64,000 nt of DNA from Styela clava (Eukaryota), in assembly GCF_964204865.1 (NCBI RefSeq), contig NC_135255.1:16058001-16122000 (forward strand), written 5' to 3'. The position numbers were made by a program, and so were the translations under genes. Below, one piece after another: positions 26,586 through 38,892 of the stretch (positions are counted from its first letter, which is position 1; every line of letters starts with the position of its first letter). The notes beneath the pieces were generated by a model. The model was not told where the DNA came from and did no database searches. It saw only the letters and a program-made list of their open reading frames with translations.

Positions 26586-27578
26586 GATACCACACATTCC
26601 GAAATAAATAAGCATATTGGAGCATTTTTCTGACGCCAAGTATTTTGCAGTGTTGGCGCTTACACACTGGATTACATGTTCAAAGATATCATTTTTATTA
26701 AAAACAATAATCCACGTATGGCTTACAGATACTGATAGCCAATTTTAGGCTGGTCTGTCGCAAGGTTTGCGGGATGAATTTTTGATTATTGAAACTAAAC
26801 TAAAAGTCTTCGAAAGACATAACGACAATTAGGCTGTACGATTTATAACGATGTTTACAACCGTGCTCAAATATCTGTCTGTGCTAAAGAATTGTTACGT
26901 CATTGTTGAATAATTGCTGATTGGTCATTCTTACGGAAATAAACATGAAAATAAATGCTCGGGGAAACATTCATTTCAAATCAAATCATGCTAGCCTGCG
27001 TGTAGTTTATAATGGAAAACTGATCGAAGCTGAAGATTACATGAACAGTCAAACGTCGGATGTAACGGATAATTGATGATGGATTCCATAAAAAAGACGG
27101 CTTATTCAGTACAAGTTCTCAAAGCACATGGATTTTGATTAAAACTGAAGTTGGAACGCCAGGGCGTAAAATGCTCTAGTCATAATTTACTTCGTTTGTT
27201 GTTGTTTACTTTTACGCTGCTTTTATTATTGTTGTTTACCGTCAAGTGAACTATTAGTTGAGTGCGTCCAATATAACATCAACTATTGTTCGCTAATCAC
27301 ATTGTTCATTTGTTGTATTCTACGCTTCTCGTTATTTTCATGTATATTTATAGAATGAATTGTTGTCTATGTTCAAACTGCACATCCCACACCCAAGTTA
27401 GTATTTACGCTCGAATTATCTTTTTTTTTAAAATTTACCTCAGTGTGTTAATTAGGGTAAGTGGGCATGTGCATCGCCCACTTTCCTGATTTTGAGTATT
27501 TTTATTCGCTGTATAATTAAGGTTTGATTAAGGTTACTATTGAAATAATTTATATACTATTTTGTTGTAATTGACTTC

Positions 27579-28475
27579 ATGATGAATGTGGCTAAAAGTG
27601 AAGACAACATTTGTTTTGCTCAGCGATCTGAATCAACAACATCAGTTTTTGAAAAAACTTTCGGGGACAGTTGGTGTAGTACTCCACAATTTTCCTCATT
27701 AGTTGAAGGCCTGAAGAAGGACATTATGCAGATGCTGAAAAATGAAATCAAAGCATTGGTAGAAATCAACTGTAGAAAATTGATGGATGTTGAACAAGTC
27801 ACAAAGTCTCAGGATTCACAGACCAAAGTCATCCTAACAGATATCATTTCCTCACAAGAATATGTAATGAATGAATTCAAAGAACAGGAATGTAAGATAA
27901 ATAAACTGCAAAAGCTAATGGATGACTGCCAGTCTGATATAAATCTTCTGAAGCAAAATATATCTGAATTTCAAAAGAATGAACAACAATACAGACAAAC
28001 AATAGATGAGATGGATCAGTCAAACAGGAGAAATCTCCTTGAAATACATGGCTATCCTGTTATGCAGAATGAAAACACTATGGTGATTGTGAAGGATGTT
28101 GCTAAAATGGCTGGTGTTGAAATAAAGCCATCATCCATTGATAATTCTTATAGATTGAAAATTTCTGACAAGTCCATTTATCCCCCAATTATCATGGTCA
28201 AGTTTTTTGATGTGAATCTTCGTGACAAAATTTTCAGCGGCCGAAAAAATATACAGAAGCAATTTAAGAATAATGCAGGAGATGCTTGGTACTTATCTAT
28301 TCGAGAAAATCTAACAAAACAAAGGAGAGCTCTATTCAAAGAAGCAAAAAGCCTGGTAAAATCCAATGGCTACAAGTTTATATGGACAAATAATGGTGAT
28401 ATATTGGTACGCAAAACTCCTAAGGCAAGAGTTCTTAAAGTGATGAATCAGAAAAGTCTTTTAAAGATTTGTTAA
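27579..28475 (+). CDS. LINE ORF1 protein (coiled coil + RRM + CTD; L1-ORF1/baculovirus FP25K-like), 298 aa
   Basis: Heptad-rich N-terminal half, then DQSNRRNLLEIHGYP...PPIIMVKF...RENLTKQRRALFKEAK...GYKFIWTNNGDILVRK, typical of this ORF1 class. Lies directly upstream of an APE-RT ORF. Confidence 0.88.
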   Translation: MMNVAKSEDNICFAQRSESTTSVFEKTFGDSWCSTPQFSSLVEGLKKDIMQMLKNEIKALVEINCRKLMDVEQVTKSQDSQTKVILTDIISSQEYVMNEFKEQECKINKLQKLMDDCQSDINLLKQNISEFQKNEQQYRQTIDEMDQSNRRNLLEIHGYPVMQNENTMVIVKDVAKMAGVEIKPSSIDNSYRLKISDKSIYPPIIMVKFFDVNLRDKIFSGRKNIQKQFKNNAGDAWYLSIRENLTKQRRALFKEAKSLVKSNGYKFIWTNNGDILVRKTPKARVLKVMNQKSLLKIC

Positions 28476-28598
28476 AATTGCATATGCATTGTATATGTTT
28501 CAACAGAAAAGCAAAAGTTATCAAGTTCAGATTTTCTTTTTGGGAAATATACACCATTACCTTGCTGCTTTTATATTCTTGTTCACTTTGGTGGATAA

Positions 28599-31500
28599 AT
28601 GGACATGTCTTGAAAGGCTTTCAACTGTGTTCTAACTAAGGATTCACTATCATCATATTTATCTGATGAACCAAATAATGTGTATCCGAATAGAAATGTA
28701 TCTGAATATATGACAGTTGAAGATGTTAACAGTATTTTAACATCAAAGCGGTTTTTCTTAATACATATGAATGTCAGATCTTTGCAGAAGAATGTTGACT
28801 CACTTCAGAGTTTGTTATGTCAATTCAATCATCTTCCAACTGCAATTGCTATAACTGAGACAAAGCTCACCGACCATTCTATTTTGAACATTCAGCTTCC
28901 ACACTACAATTTTGTGAATATTAATTCCAGGACCAATGCTGGTGGTGTGGGATTCTATATCCTTGAAAATAAGAAGTATAATATTTTAAATTTCCCAGGT
29001 CAAGAAAGCTTGGATTATGAAAGTATTTGGCTGGAATTGGAACAAAAACAATCAAACAAATCTGTAATACTAGGGTCAGTGTACAGGCATCCTAGACAAG
29101 ATAACGTGAAGTTCTTGGAATTCATGGATGAAATGTTGTGTTCGCTAAATTGAAAAAACTGTCATTATTATATTTTGGGAGATATGAATATCAATTTGCT
29201 GCAGTCAAATAGCAAGAATATTCTTGATTATGTGAACATGCTTCAATCAAATTTCTCGTTTCAATTAATTTGCCAACCAACTAGAGTGACAGACACTTCA
29301 TCGACCCTAATTGATCATATTTACACAAATTGTCTTAATGCCAATCTTGTACCAGGAATATTATTGAGCGATATTTCCGACCATTTCCCTGTATTTTGTC
29401 TGAGCAAAATGAACACTCTTGATAAAAATTCAAAAAGACCTAGAAAACATTGTATGAAAAATTTTAATTTGGATAACTTCAGAAGTGAAGTCTTCGACAA
29501 CTTTTCCATACTGCCAGATGAAAATTCAACTCCATCACAGCTTGAACAACTTAGTGCAGAATTTATAGATACGTTCAAACGCTTAATTGACAAACATGCA
29601 CCAATTCGCAAGTTGAGTCGTAAGCAGATGACACTGCTGTCAAAACCATGGCTCAGTCATAATCTACTCAAATCAATCAATCACAGGAATTCTTTGTACA
29701 AGTCTCACTTCATCTCTGGTTCATTGGACCAAAAAGCTCACTATAAGAAATATGCCAAAACTGTTCAGCGTTTTATTGAAGAAGCAAAGCGATTATATTA
29801 TACAAACAAATTTAAAGAAAGCAAATCTAATTCAAAGGAAACTTGGAAGACAATAAAGTCCTTAATCTCGCCCAAAAGGAATTTATCTTTCCCTGAAGAA
29901 ATTCTAAATGGAAATGGTTCCATTGTTAAAAATCCATTGGAAATAACCAATTGTTTCAACAACTATTTTGTGTCTATTGGAAATTCTCTTTCGTCCAAGC
30001 TTCCGAATTCTGATGTTTTCAAACACTATGTGCAAAGGCAGGTCAAAAGTTCCGTTTATCTGGAACCAGTGAGTGAAAATGAACTATTAGCTGAACTAAC
30101 CAAAATTAATATAAACAAGGCTATTGGGCCTGATAATATTCCACCAAAATTCATTAAGTTTACAGCTGATATTATATCTCCCTACTTAGCAAGTCTGTTT
30201 TCTTTGTGTATAAAAAATGGGATTTTTCCATCAATTTTTAAAATTGCCAGAGTTACACCACTCCACAAAGCTGGAAATCGTAAAGTTTTGTCAAATTATC
30301 GTCCCATTTCTGTACTCTCCTCTATTTCCAAAATTTTTGAACGTTTGATTTACACACGCTTAAAACTATTTTTTGACAAGCACAATGTTATAAGTGACTA
30401 TCAATTTGGTTTCCGTGAGGGCTGTAGTACCACCCATGCCGTGCTTGATATCATGACATCTGCTATGGATGACTTAGAGAACAATAAAATTAATTGTAAT
30501 GTTTTTCTTGACTTATCGAAAGCTTTCGATACTGTAAATCATTCTATTTTGCTAACCAAACTGTCCATGTATGGTATTCGTGGTGTTGCTGGTAAATTAC
30601 TGACCAGCTACCTGTGGCAGCGAAGTCAATATGTCAAATTAGATTCCACAACTTCACAATATCTCCCAATATCTTGCGGAGTTCCACAGGGCTCAATTTT
30701 GGGGCCTTTACTTTTTATAATCTATGTTAATGATCTAAATAATGCTACCAATAGTGACACCAGAATGTTTGCTGATGACACATGTATTGCTAAAAGCCAC
30801 CACTGCCCTCATATTCTTGAAATTCTCATAAATAATGAAATAAGCAAAGTTGATGCCTGGATGAGAGCAAATAAATTGAAAGTAAATTATTCTAAATCGA
30901 CCTATATGCTTTCTCACCAAAAAAATATAAGTAAAGCTTTCCATGTATCTTTTGGTGATAAAATGTTAATTGAAGTGTCATGCATGAAATATCTTGGGAT
31001 AATTATTGACAACAAATTTAAATGGCATGCTCATACTGAATATCTATATAGCAAGTTATCAAGAGTGACTGGGATTATGTTCAAACTTAGACACTATTTG
31101 ACATTGCATGCTTTAAAAATCATTTACTATTCATTATTTCATTCTTGTATTCTGTATGGTATCGTAACTTGGGGTTGTTGTGACAAAACCAGTCTTAACA
31201 AATTACAGCTAATCCAAAATAAAGCAATTCGAGCCATCTGCGGGGTGCCACGCTGGGCAAATTTGAGTAGTTATTACAAAATCCTTGGTATTCTTAAAAT
31301 AAAAGATCTATATTTTTATGAAATGGGAAGGCTCATGTATCAAGCGGTAAATAGCACTGCCCCTCGCGTAATACAACAATATTTTGTTACAACAAAAAAT
31401 GCACATACATATGGTACTCGTTCATCTCGAAAGGGAGGATTATTTGTACCACGATTTTCATCCTCGCGGGCCCAAAATTCCATAAAGTACCAGGGTGTGA

Positions 31501-32274
31501 GAATTTGGAACGATATTAACCCTTTCCGTGCGGTGGGCACGTATACGTACCCACGACAAAACTCGCTAGATTGCGGCGGGTACGTTGATGTACTCCACTG
31601 TTTTATTTAGCAATCGGTCGCAAACTGTTGGTCTAGTTTTTCCGGGTTTCAGTTTATTGATAAGAAGTCTTCTTCGAGATTAACATAAGCGACGATAAAT
31701 CTGGCTTTCGTTTACCGTGGGAATTTTATTTGCGGTGGAATGAGGGAGTGTTTTTTAAATTTATGCAAATTTCGGTGTTTTTTGGGTGGTAATAGAAGAC
31801 ATATTATCCCTTCCATCTACCAAAGTATTTTGAGTTAGATAGCGAAATTGCTACAGCAATATTATGCTATTGTTTGCCAACCAAGAAGCGGTAACAGTAA
31901 AGGATTTAGCGAATATTTCTATTTTTTATTACGGTTTGAAGTTTCAACACCCAAGAAAAATAATGCCTTTTTTCTATCCGGTTTGTGACTCAGACCACCC
32001 CTTTTAAAAAAAAAATTTTTTTTTAATTGCCAATTGCAAGCTCTTTAAATAAGCTTTTCAACGAGCCGTCAGTGGGCAACAGAGGATCATTAGTTTTTCG
32101 TTAGTCGATCGATTAGTTGTGGGGGTACAAATGCATGAAGTCGGCGTAGCAAATACGATTATTTAATAAAAAAATAAAAATCGCATGGAAAGGGTTAACG
32201 AAAACCTAAAGGAAATTCCCAGTTTTAATGTTTTTTCCAAGAAGTATCTCCAGTCTTTTCTGAATAAGTACTGA
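28599..32274 (+). pseudogene. LINE ORF2 (AP endonuclease + reverse transcriptase), disrupted
   Basis: Track ORFs 28680-29153 and 29175-31610 share a frame and are separated by one TGA (29151-29153). APE motifs HMNVRSL, AITETKL, GDMNINL, LIDHIYTN, SDHFPV; RT motifs NYRPIS, QFGFR, FLDLSKAFDTVNH, GVPQGSILGPLLF, FADDT, YLGI. Removing the MITE at 31520-32198 restores ...WNDINENLKEIPSFNVFSKKYLQSFLNKY* (TGA 32272-32274). Start is uncertain: ATG 28599 is followed by an in-frame TGA at 28611; the next ATG is 28710. Confidence 0.9.
31520..32194 (+). mobile_element. Non-autonomous piggyBac-type element (675 bp) nested in LINE ORF2
   Basis: TTAA TSD (31516-31519, 32195-32198). 13-bp TIRs CCCTTTCCGTGCG / CGCATGGAAAGGG (12/13). 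Same family as 16992-17615. Confidence 0.93.
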
Positions 32275-33947
32275 TTCATAACTTTTCTACTTGTACGTTT
32301 TTATTTTGTGTGATATAAAACTAAACGCTTTTTCTTGCCGCTTCTATTTTAAATTCGTCTCAATATGTGTCACATTACTCTTGTTGCTCAATTGTTAGTT
32401 ACAACAAGTTAAAATGTTTTATAATTGGTATAATATAAAATGTAATCTGTCAACCTTTTTTATGCCAGGAGAGTTGTTTCGATTTAGTGACCGTATGGTC
32501 CTTCCAACCTCCTATCAATTCCGTTGTTAGTCGATTTATTCTTCTTTTACCTATCGAATGTTGTTGTTTGTGTTTGATTTATTGGCTAATGACTGGATGA
32601 TGAATAAACTTCTATCTATCTATCTATCTAGTATATGTTTTGTTCTGCCATGTATTTTTTTATTGTTTTGTTGTAACGGAAAATCGAAATGAACACTTAT
32701 CGGTACTTACAGTTTGTTTCGCGCTGCGAAATACGGCATACCTAACCTTTGAACTTAGCATTAACTGGACTGCTGCAGCCTGCTTTTGGTTGCGATGCGA
32801 AGTCAGGTTCTGGTTCCTTTTCGTGTGTAATTTAATTTGTTAGCTGTGTTATTTATATTCTCATTTTAAGAATTCACATTGGCCCAAAGAGTTCGAAATA
32901 CTGGACCAAAATGCTGTAATGACGGGAATAGTACGGGTATACCGTGCCGTTTCTCGCGTTCAGCTTTGGTTCCCCGCGACTTCCCTACCTCAGAAAACTG
33001 TACTTTATTATTTTCTCGTAATTTGTGCCTGTGTTATTCATTTATTTTTACTAGTTGGATTGAAATTGATTGCTCCTGATTCATGTACCGGTATGCTGTT
33101 CACAAGTTTTGAATTTATTTATTTTTTTAGTTAGATTGTCGTGATGTGTTTTTCTACTTGTGTGAGTGCGGATGAATGAGCATAAACGCTGGCCAGCGTT
33201 TGCTATAAACCTTTCTCCAGGTTTTCTCTGCTGAAGCTTATCTGTATATGGAATATGGGCAGTTTACCGAATGAATTTAGTATTTATTGTTTGTACATCA
33301 ATTTCATTGGTTTACAACCTTTTTTTGTTGAATTTCTCCCTTCCTCCTCGTTCCAACCTCTTCGTTGCTTCCTCGCTATACAGTACTTCACAACTTACAG
33401 ATCGAGAGAGATTGTCTCGTTCAGAGAATCCCATTTTGGTGATGAACAAACACCCTCCATTGGGGGACGTCTGGACATTGTTATCCCTCAATATCAGTAA
33501 AAATACAGAAAAGCGCAATGTAAAAACTGCATCGGCATCATTGAAAAATAATCCTAGTTATCGAAGGAAAATTTTTCTACCGCGGCTTCCGAGAGTTTTT
33601 AGCAAAAAAACACAATTTTGGTCACATGACGGCCGCGATTAATTTAGATTATTATCGAGGCAAGCATGGCGCAATATGCCGTTGTGCCAGACGCCCCTCA
33701 TTTGGGGGGACACAGAGTGTTTGTTATATCGAACAAAATGACATGATATTCTTGGAATATAGTGCGCCCTACTGCTATACAAATAAACTTTAATTGTTAA
33801 TCAGTGTCTCAGATTTTTTGTAGAAGCAAAGTTTTTGCTTTCAATTGCAGAAGCCTGACTATTTAACTTATTTAACAAAATATTATTGCAGAAACTCCAA
33901 GTTAAAAAATCTGAAGCGTTCTTTAGTTTTTTCAACAAACTTGAACC

Positions 33948-34784
33948 ATGGCAAGAAGCGCAGAAAAAGCCATGACGGCTTTGGCAAGATTCCGTAGAAT
34001 GAAAATGGAGGAAGGAAAAGTTGTAGAACGTCGTCCATACATTGCTTCTGATTGTGACAATTTACAAAAAGCTGAAAAATGGCGTCGCCAGATTCTTGGC
34101 GAAATTTCAAGAAAAGTTGCACAAATTCAAAATGCTGGTTTAATTGATCATCAAATACGGGACTTGAACGATGACATAAATAAACTGTTGCGTGAAAAAA
34201 AGCATTGGGAAGATAGAATTATTGAACTTGGGGGTCCGAATTACAAACGTATCGGCCCTCGAATGCTGGATCATGAAGGCAAAACAGTGCCAGGAAACAG
34301 GGGATACAAGTACTTCGGAGCAGCGAAAGATTTGCCCGGTGTGAGAGAACTCTTTCAGCGAGATGCTCCATCAAAGAAACGTAAAACAAGGGGACAATTG
34401 ATGAGAAATTTAGATGCAGATTATTATGGGTATCGGGATGAAGATGATGGTGTGTTAGTTCCGCTTGAAAAAGAGGTCGAGGCTAAGCTTATTGCGGAAG
34501 CCGTTGAAGAATGGAAAGCCTCACATGAGAATGACACTGCCAATATTACAGAAATAACATCTAAAGAGGAGGATATTTATGCAACAGATAATCCGGAGGT
34601 TCTAGGCGAACAATATGAGGCAGATGAAGGAAAGCCAGGTTTTGTTGCACATGTTCCAGTCCCAAGTCAAAAAGAAGTCGAAGATGCATTGCTTCGTCGC
34701 AAAAAACGAGAATTGTTGGAGCAATATGCGAGCGAAACATTACAAATGCAAAGCTCTGATGCCCGTACTTTGTTGGGTATTTGA
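33948..34784 (+). CDS. ISY1: Pre-mRNA splicing factor ISY1 (NineTeen complex), complete, single coding exon, 278 aa
   Basis: MARSAEKAMTALARF...KAEKWRRQI...QIQNAGL...IRDLNDDINKLLREK.HWE...GNRGYKYFGAAKDLPGVRELF...YYGYRDEDDG...AHVPVPSQ...LLG is a full-length match to recalled ISY1. Confidence 0.97.
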   Translation: MARSAEKAMTALARFRRMKMEEGKVVERRPYIASDCDNLQKAEKWRRQILGEISRKVAQIQNAGLIDHQIRDLNDDINKLLREKKHWEDRIIELGGPNYKRIGPRMLDHEGKTVPGNRGYKYFGAAKDLPGVRELFQRDAPSKKRKTRGQLMRNLDADYYGYRDEDDGVLVPLEKEVEAKLIAEAVEEWKASHENDTANITEITSKEEDIYATDNPEVLGEQYEADEGKPGFVAHVPVPSQKEVEDALLRRKKRELLEQYASETLQMQSSDARTLLGI

Positions 34785-35962
34785 AATTGTTTTCTTAAAT
34801 GCCTCAGAAAGCAAATAGGGCAAGGGTCAATTCTTTCAGATGAGCTTCATTGCTTTGCTGATCTAGATTGATTCGAGGTGCGATACCCATCAGAATAATT
34901 GAATACAACAAATTCATGTTCACTCGTATTATCGGGCCGAATGCGCATTTTTAAACACTCACCAGCTACAATGGTAGATACAGAACAACTTTTTGCTTAT
35001 AACTAATGCACACCAGCAAATCTCTATCAAGGATTATATGTAGTAAGATTGAATTTGACATAGCTGTGTGCCGTGGAATGCATTATACTCCACTCGTATT
35101 ATCTTTGTAACAATTATTTGCTTCATATCCTTTAGTTGACGGTTTTCCGTGAGCACTTCGTTCATTCTCAATTTTTTTGCTCATCAACCATTGGGCCCTG
35201 AAGCTTCACTCATGGGTCTTTAGAAGGGTATGAATAAATGTTTTGTTCAGCAAAGTGGCGCAAAAGAGGCATTCATGAGCACTTTCCCACATATTTTAAA
35301 TAAAAAAAATTATCTTGTCTTATAGAGAGTTAAATGCTAATTTTATCTGTTTACCAAATTGTTTAGTCCTAACATTTTCTTGAGCAGTTTCCCAACGAAA
35401 CCACTATTATTACCACTACCAATAATATAGCTAAATTCATTACAGAGAAGTTCAAAATAATAATAAGGTTGCAAATTCAAAGCTACGTTTGATGAAGTCA
35501 CTCTTTTATTATTACTGCACAACAAGCTTTAGAATGTCCATCATTTCTGTGGTATATATTGATTTTTTCTAAATTGGTTCATACTAAAATTGTTTAAAAT
35601 GAGTATTTTAACATTTCCTGGTCATTATGAACGGGTTCTAAGCCTCTCTGCTATATTTCTACTGAATAAGTCTTACTGTATGTAACAGGTACTTCCTTCC
35701 TTTCTACTTCCAAACACTTCTATTTTAATTCCGAACTTCGATTACCACCAATGAAAGTATCAAATTCAGTTTGCGGCTGAATTTTTACACCTTGCTAAAT
35801 TGTGAACAATGCCTCATTTGTCACACTAGCAAAAATTGGTGTCCTGGACTGTTCATGTCTGGTAGATTCACAAAATGCACTGGATATTTTTGGTAATAGA
35901 TTGCATGTATATTTTCCAATACTGAGGCTAAAAAAGTGAAAAAATGATTCTTTGCAGGTTTC

Positions 35963-38795
35963 TTATTTCCCTTTCAAATGTTGTGAATATAAAAGTCCAT
36001 CTATGTATTCTCCAGTTCGACTTTTCCTCTCTAGAAACATTCCCATAGGTGTTCTGGGTGGGAGTGACACTGATCTGTTCCAATATGGAGCTTCAAGTCC
36101 GAGTAAATCACGAACGCTTGCTGATATAAACTTGATATGCTCAAAATTTGTAACGCCGAGTTGTGGTAAATGACTGAAAAATAATATAAACTTTGATAGT
36201 TTCTTCAATTTGTTGGTCATGACTAGCTTGATAGTTTGGTAATAATTCATAGACCTAGGTCATTTGGAATCCATGATGTGTGGGAAAATAAAAGCGACAC
36301 GAACGTGACAATTTCAGTCGATGTACAATTTTAACAGGCCACAGTTTTGGCAAAATGTCATCGTCTAGTGCAGCACTTTTCAACCTAGGTTCTGGTCTGG
36401 AGAGTTATGTGAGAGTGTCTCTTTGAGTGGATGTTTGTGTAAACAGTAGCTTTGCCAACTATTGAGAATAAAAAACCTAGGTCACTCGTGGACATGTGAA
36501 TTTTGATCCTGATTTGAATGTTTTTGTAAAAAATGCAATAACAGAAGGGTCATTGAATTGAATTTTTTGCATTTGATCTTCTGTAATAATTTAATTGTTA
36601 TTGTTGAGTGTCCAATACCCAAATATTTAACTTTCATACATCATGCATGTTTTTGAATTACTGTCAATGAGTCTTCTGTGATGAGCCCAATAGCATATCA
36701 CAGGATCTACAAGGATAAGGTTGAAAAGCACTTGTCTAGTGAGAGAGACCCCACGCCAATCATAGTTTCGATTAACGTTTATCGAAAAACTTGGCCAAAA
36801 ATATTGAAAAGCACCAAACAAATATCTTATTATCACAAATGCCCATGTGCCAAATTCCTCATAAGAGCTGATGTTGAAACTATTTTGTTAATTAATGCCA
36901 CTTTTGGATAGGTTTTGAATGACCCATGCTGCTTGGAAGTATTTCGAGACCCGTTTTCATGATTGGTGCTGGTTTATCAAAATTACATGATTGTTAATGG
37001 CATACTTATTTCATTAGATATATTTTATATACAATAAATAATATTATGTAGGCAGGACCTGACATTACCATGAATGATTAAACAAAGATCCATCTAGGAT
37101 CTTATATACAAGCAATAGACTACCAAGTTCAGGGTCCATGAAATTGTCTATATATCACAAATCTGATTCATATTATATGCATGATGGTGACTCTAGTCTG
37201 CAAATTTTACCGAATATGGGATAGGGCAGGGATGGCGAACCACTGACCCGCGGGTCACAAAGTGACCCACCGCGTTTTATTCAGGACCCGTACAAATAAA
37301 ATAAAGATGCTAAAATATCAGTGATAAAAATTGATAAAGTCAGCCCTAAATTAATCTAACTATAATGCATCGTCAGTTGGGCAGTCAAGGCTGCGATTGC
37401 TTATACGACGTTCTCCTATTTTTCAATTTTCTTCCGAAAAATAACACTAGGGCTTATATTTGGGGGATGTCTTATATTTTTATTTATCAAAAACAATTAC
37501 AAAGTAGAGAATCATATACAAGATATGAAAACCGATATCTATTTACTTATAAATAACACGTTTTAATACATAGGTTATTAATCATTTAAAAAGTGTAGGA
37601 TAGATTTCTTGCTATCGACTAGGTCTTATTTTAAGGGGAGGGCTTATATTGACATCGTTTTTGAAATTCAGGCTAGGTCTAATTTTCGGGGAAACACGGT
37701 ATACAAATTGTCGGACCCGTATGGTAATTTTCAAAACCCCTAATCTTGTTCGCATGTCTGCACCGTTGTATACCGGTATCCGACTATTGGCTCTGACATC
37801 GTTTATGATATAATAATGCAATTGATATGTTCATTTCCTCCAAACTTCTTGGAACCATAAAATAATTTGCCCCATCATCCCAAACGTTTTTGATAATTCA
37901 TATGCGTGTTTTCGTACTTTAATTTAATAAAATCGAGTTTCATAATAAGTCCCTGATAGAAGTAAAGTTCAAAACTAGACCAACAACAAGAGAAGCTTAC
38001 AAGATTTGTTTCAGAAGTTTCTTATAGATACAAACATTGATCAAATATCTGTGACCCACTCTCTTCTGTTCCGCGATAAAAATATAATATTCGACCCACT
38101 CAATGAAAAAGGTTCGCCATCCCTGGGATAGGGTGTTCGTGATTGAAGAGAAAAGAGCTTCAGAACAAATTTTTTGGCAGTTTTGTGCAATATCTGTGAT
38201 CCCATAGGTTAGTTTAATTTTTAAAGGATGGGCCGTTGTGGGAAGAAAGAATGTTGACTTCACGAAAACCAATATTTGTATCTAAATGGAATCTAATTTG
38301 ATTGGCAAAACTGACCGAAAAGCAATATAACTTATATCTGCATATGGACAATTAGTAGTTATTCTAGCACAGGGGTGTGCAACATTTTTTGTTGTTGCTG
38401 GGCCATATATTCAACTAAAGACAACTGGCTGGGACGCACAAAAATTTAGGTTTTCCATGTACAGCAATAAAGGCATCTGAGTGTTGACATGTCACACTAT
38501 ATACACAGCTTGGCTGAGTTGTGGCCTGCGGAGCGGGACACCTGTTGCGAGTATAAACCTACAGTTCAAATGTTGAATCCTAATGCCTACTCGTTTTTCC
38601 TCATTTAGCATTTACTAAATCGGTAACTTACCTCGCGTCGGCTAGAATCAGTTTACGGCCATTGACTAAATTCGTTCTGAAACATTCTCTGTATTGTGGG
38701 AATCCTATCTCTTCAATCCAATTGGTGACATCTTCAATCGTCCAATGAATACTAGTTGGTACTAATAAGTCTTCTTCTTTAACAGGTGTTGCCAT
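35963..38795 (-). CDS. SAMD15: SAM domain-containing protein 15-like, 2 exons, 124 aa
   Basis: Exon 1 (38795-38632) MATPVKEEDLLVPTSIHWTIEDVTNWIEEIGFPQYRECFRTNLVNGRKLILADA(S) splices GT-AG in phase 2 to exon 2 (36173-35963) HLPQLGVTNFEHIKFISASVRDLLGLEAPYWNRSVSLPPRTPMGMFLERKSRTG...*. Matches the recalled SAMD15 SAM and C-terminal block (GFPQY.ECF..N...GRKLI...LPQ.G.TNFE...RS.SLP...G..LE.K..TG). Exon 1 is absent from the ORF track. Confidence 0.88.
37227..38125. mobile_element. hAT non-autonomous element (899 bp) in the SAMD15 intron
   Basis: TIRs CAGGGATGGCGAACC / GGTTCGCCATCCCTG (perfect 15 bp). Perfect TSD GGATAGGG (37219-37226, 38126-38133). Confidence 0.92.
37405..37699 (-). mobile_element. 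Truncated Tc1/mariner-superfamily MITE nested in the hAT element
   Basis: Reverse-orientation relative of 50056-50439. Ends TTTTCGGGGAAACACGG followed by TA; the other TIR is missing. Confidence 0.75.
38370..38544. mobile_element. Degenerate hAT-like MITE
   Basis: Starts CAGGGGTGTGCAAC...GGGCCA and ends GGCCTGCGG...ACACCTG. No clear TSD. Confidence 0.45.
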
Positions 38796-38892
38796 TACCC
38801 TATAATCATTTACTATAATTCAAAAATGGCTGGAATCTGATCACATAATGCAGTTGCATTTAATTTATTGAAGTCAACCCTGAGCGGATTTC

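Larger units (their letters stand above)
27181..32630 (+). mobile_element. Near full-length non-LTR retrotransposon (CR1/L2/Crack group)
   Basis: ORF1 plus APE-RT ORF2. The 3' UTR has a stem-loop (AGGAGAGTTG...CAACCTCCT, about 32467-32513), AATAAA at 32603-32608 and a (TCTA)n tail to about 32630. The 5' boundary is tentative: TCTAGT at 27175-27180 and 32627-32632 may be a TSD. Confidence 0.9.

Noticed and set aside
29151-29153. TGA as selenocysteine
   Set aside because: Falls in a non-catalytic variable loop of a retrotransposon endonuclease, with no SECIS recognised.
32640-33642. ORFs between the LINE and ISY1 (for example 33271-33642)
   Set aside because: No homology recognised and the minus-strand frames are stop-riddled; may be promoter or non-coding transcript.
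36678-36911. 77-aa ORF with faint resemblance to Penelope-type RT (YKDKVEKHL...RDPT)
   Set aside because: Too short and weak to support without a profile search.
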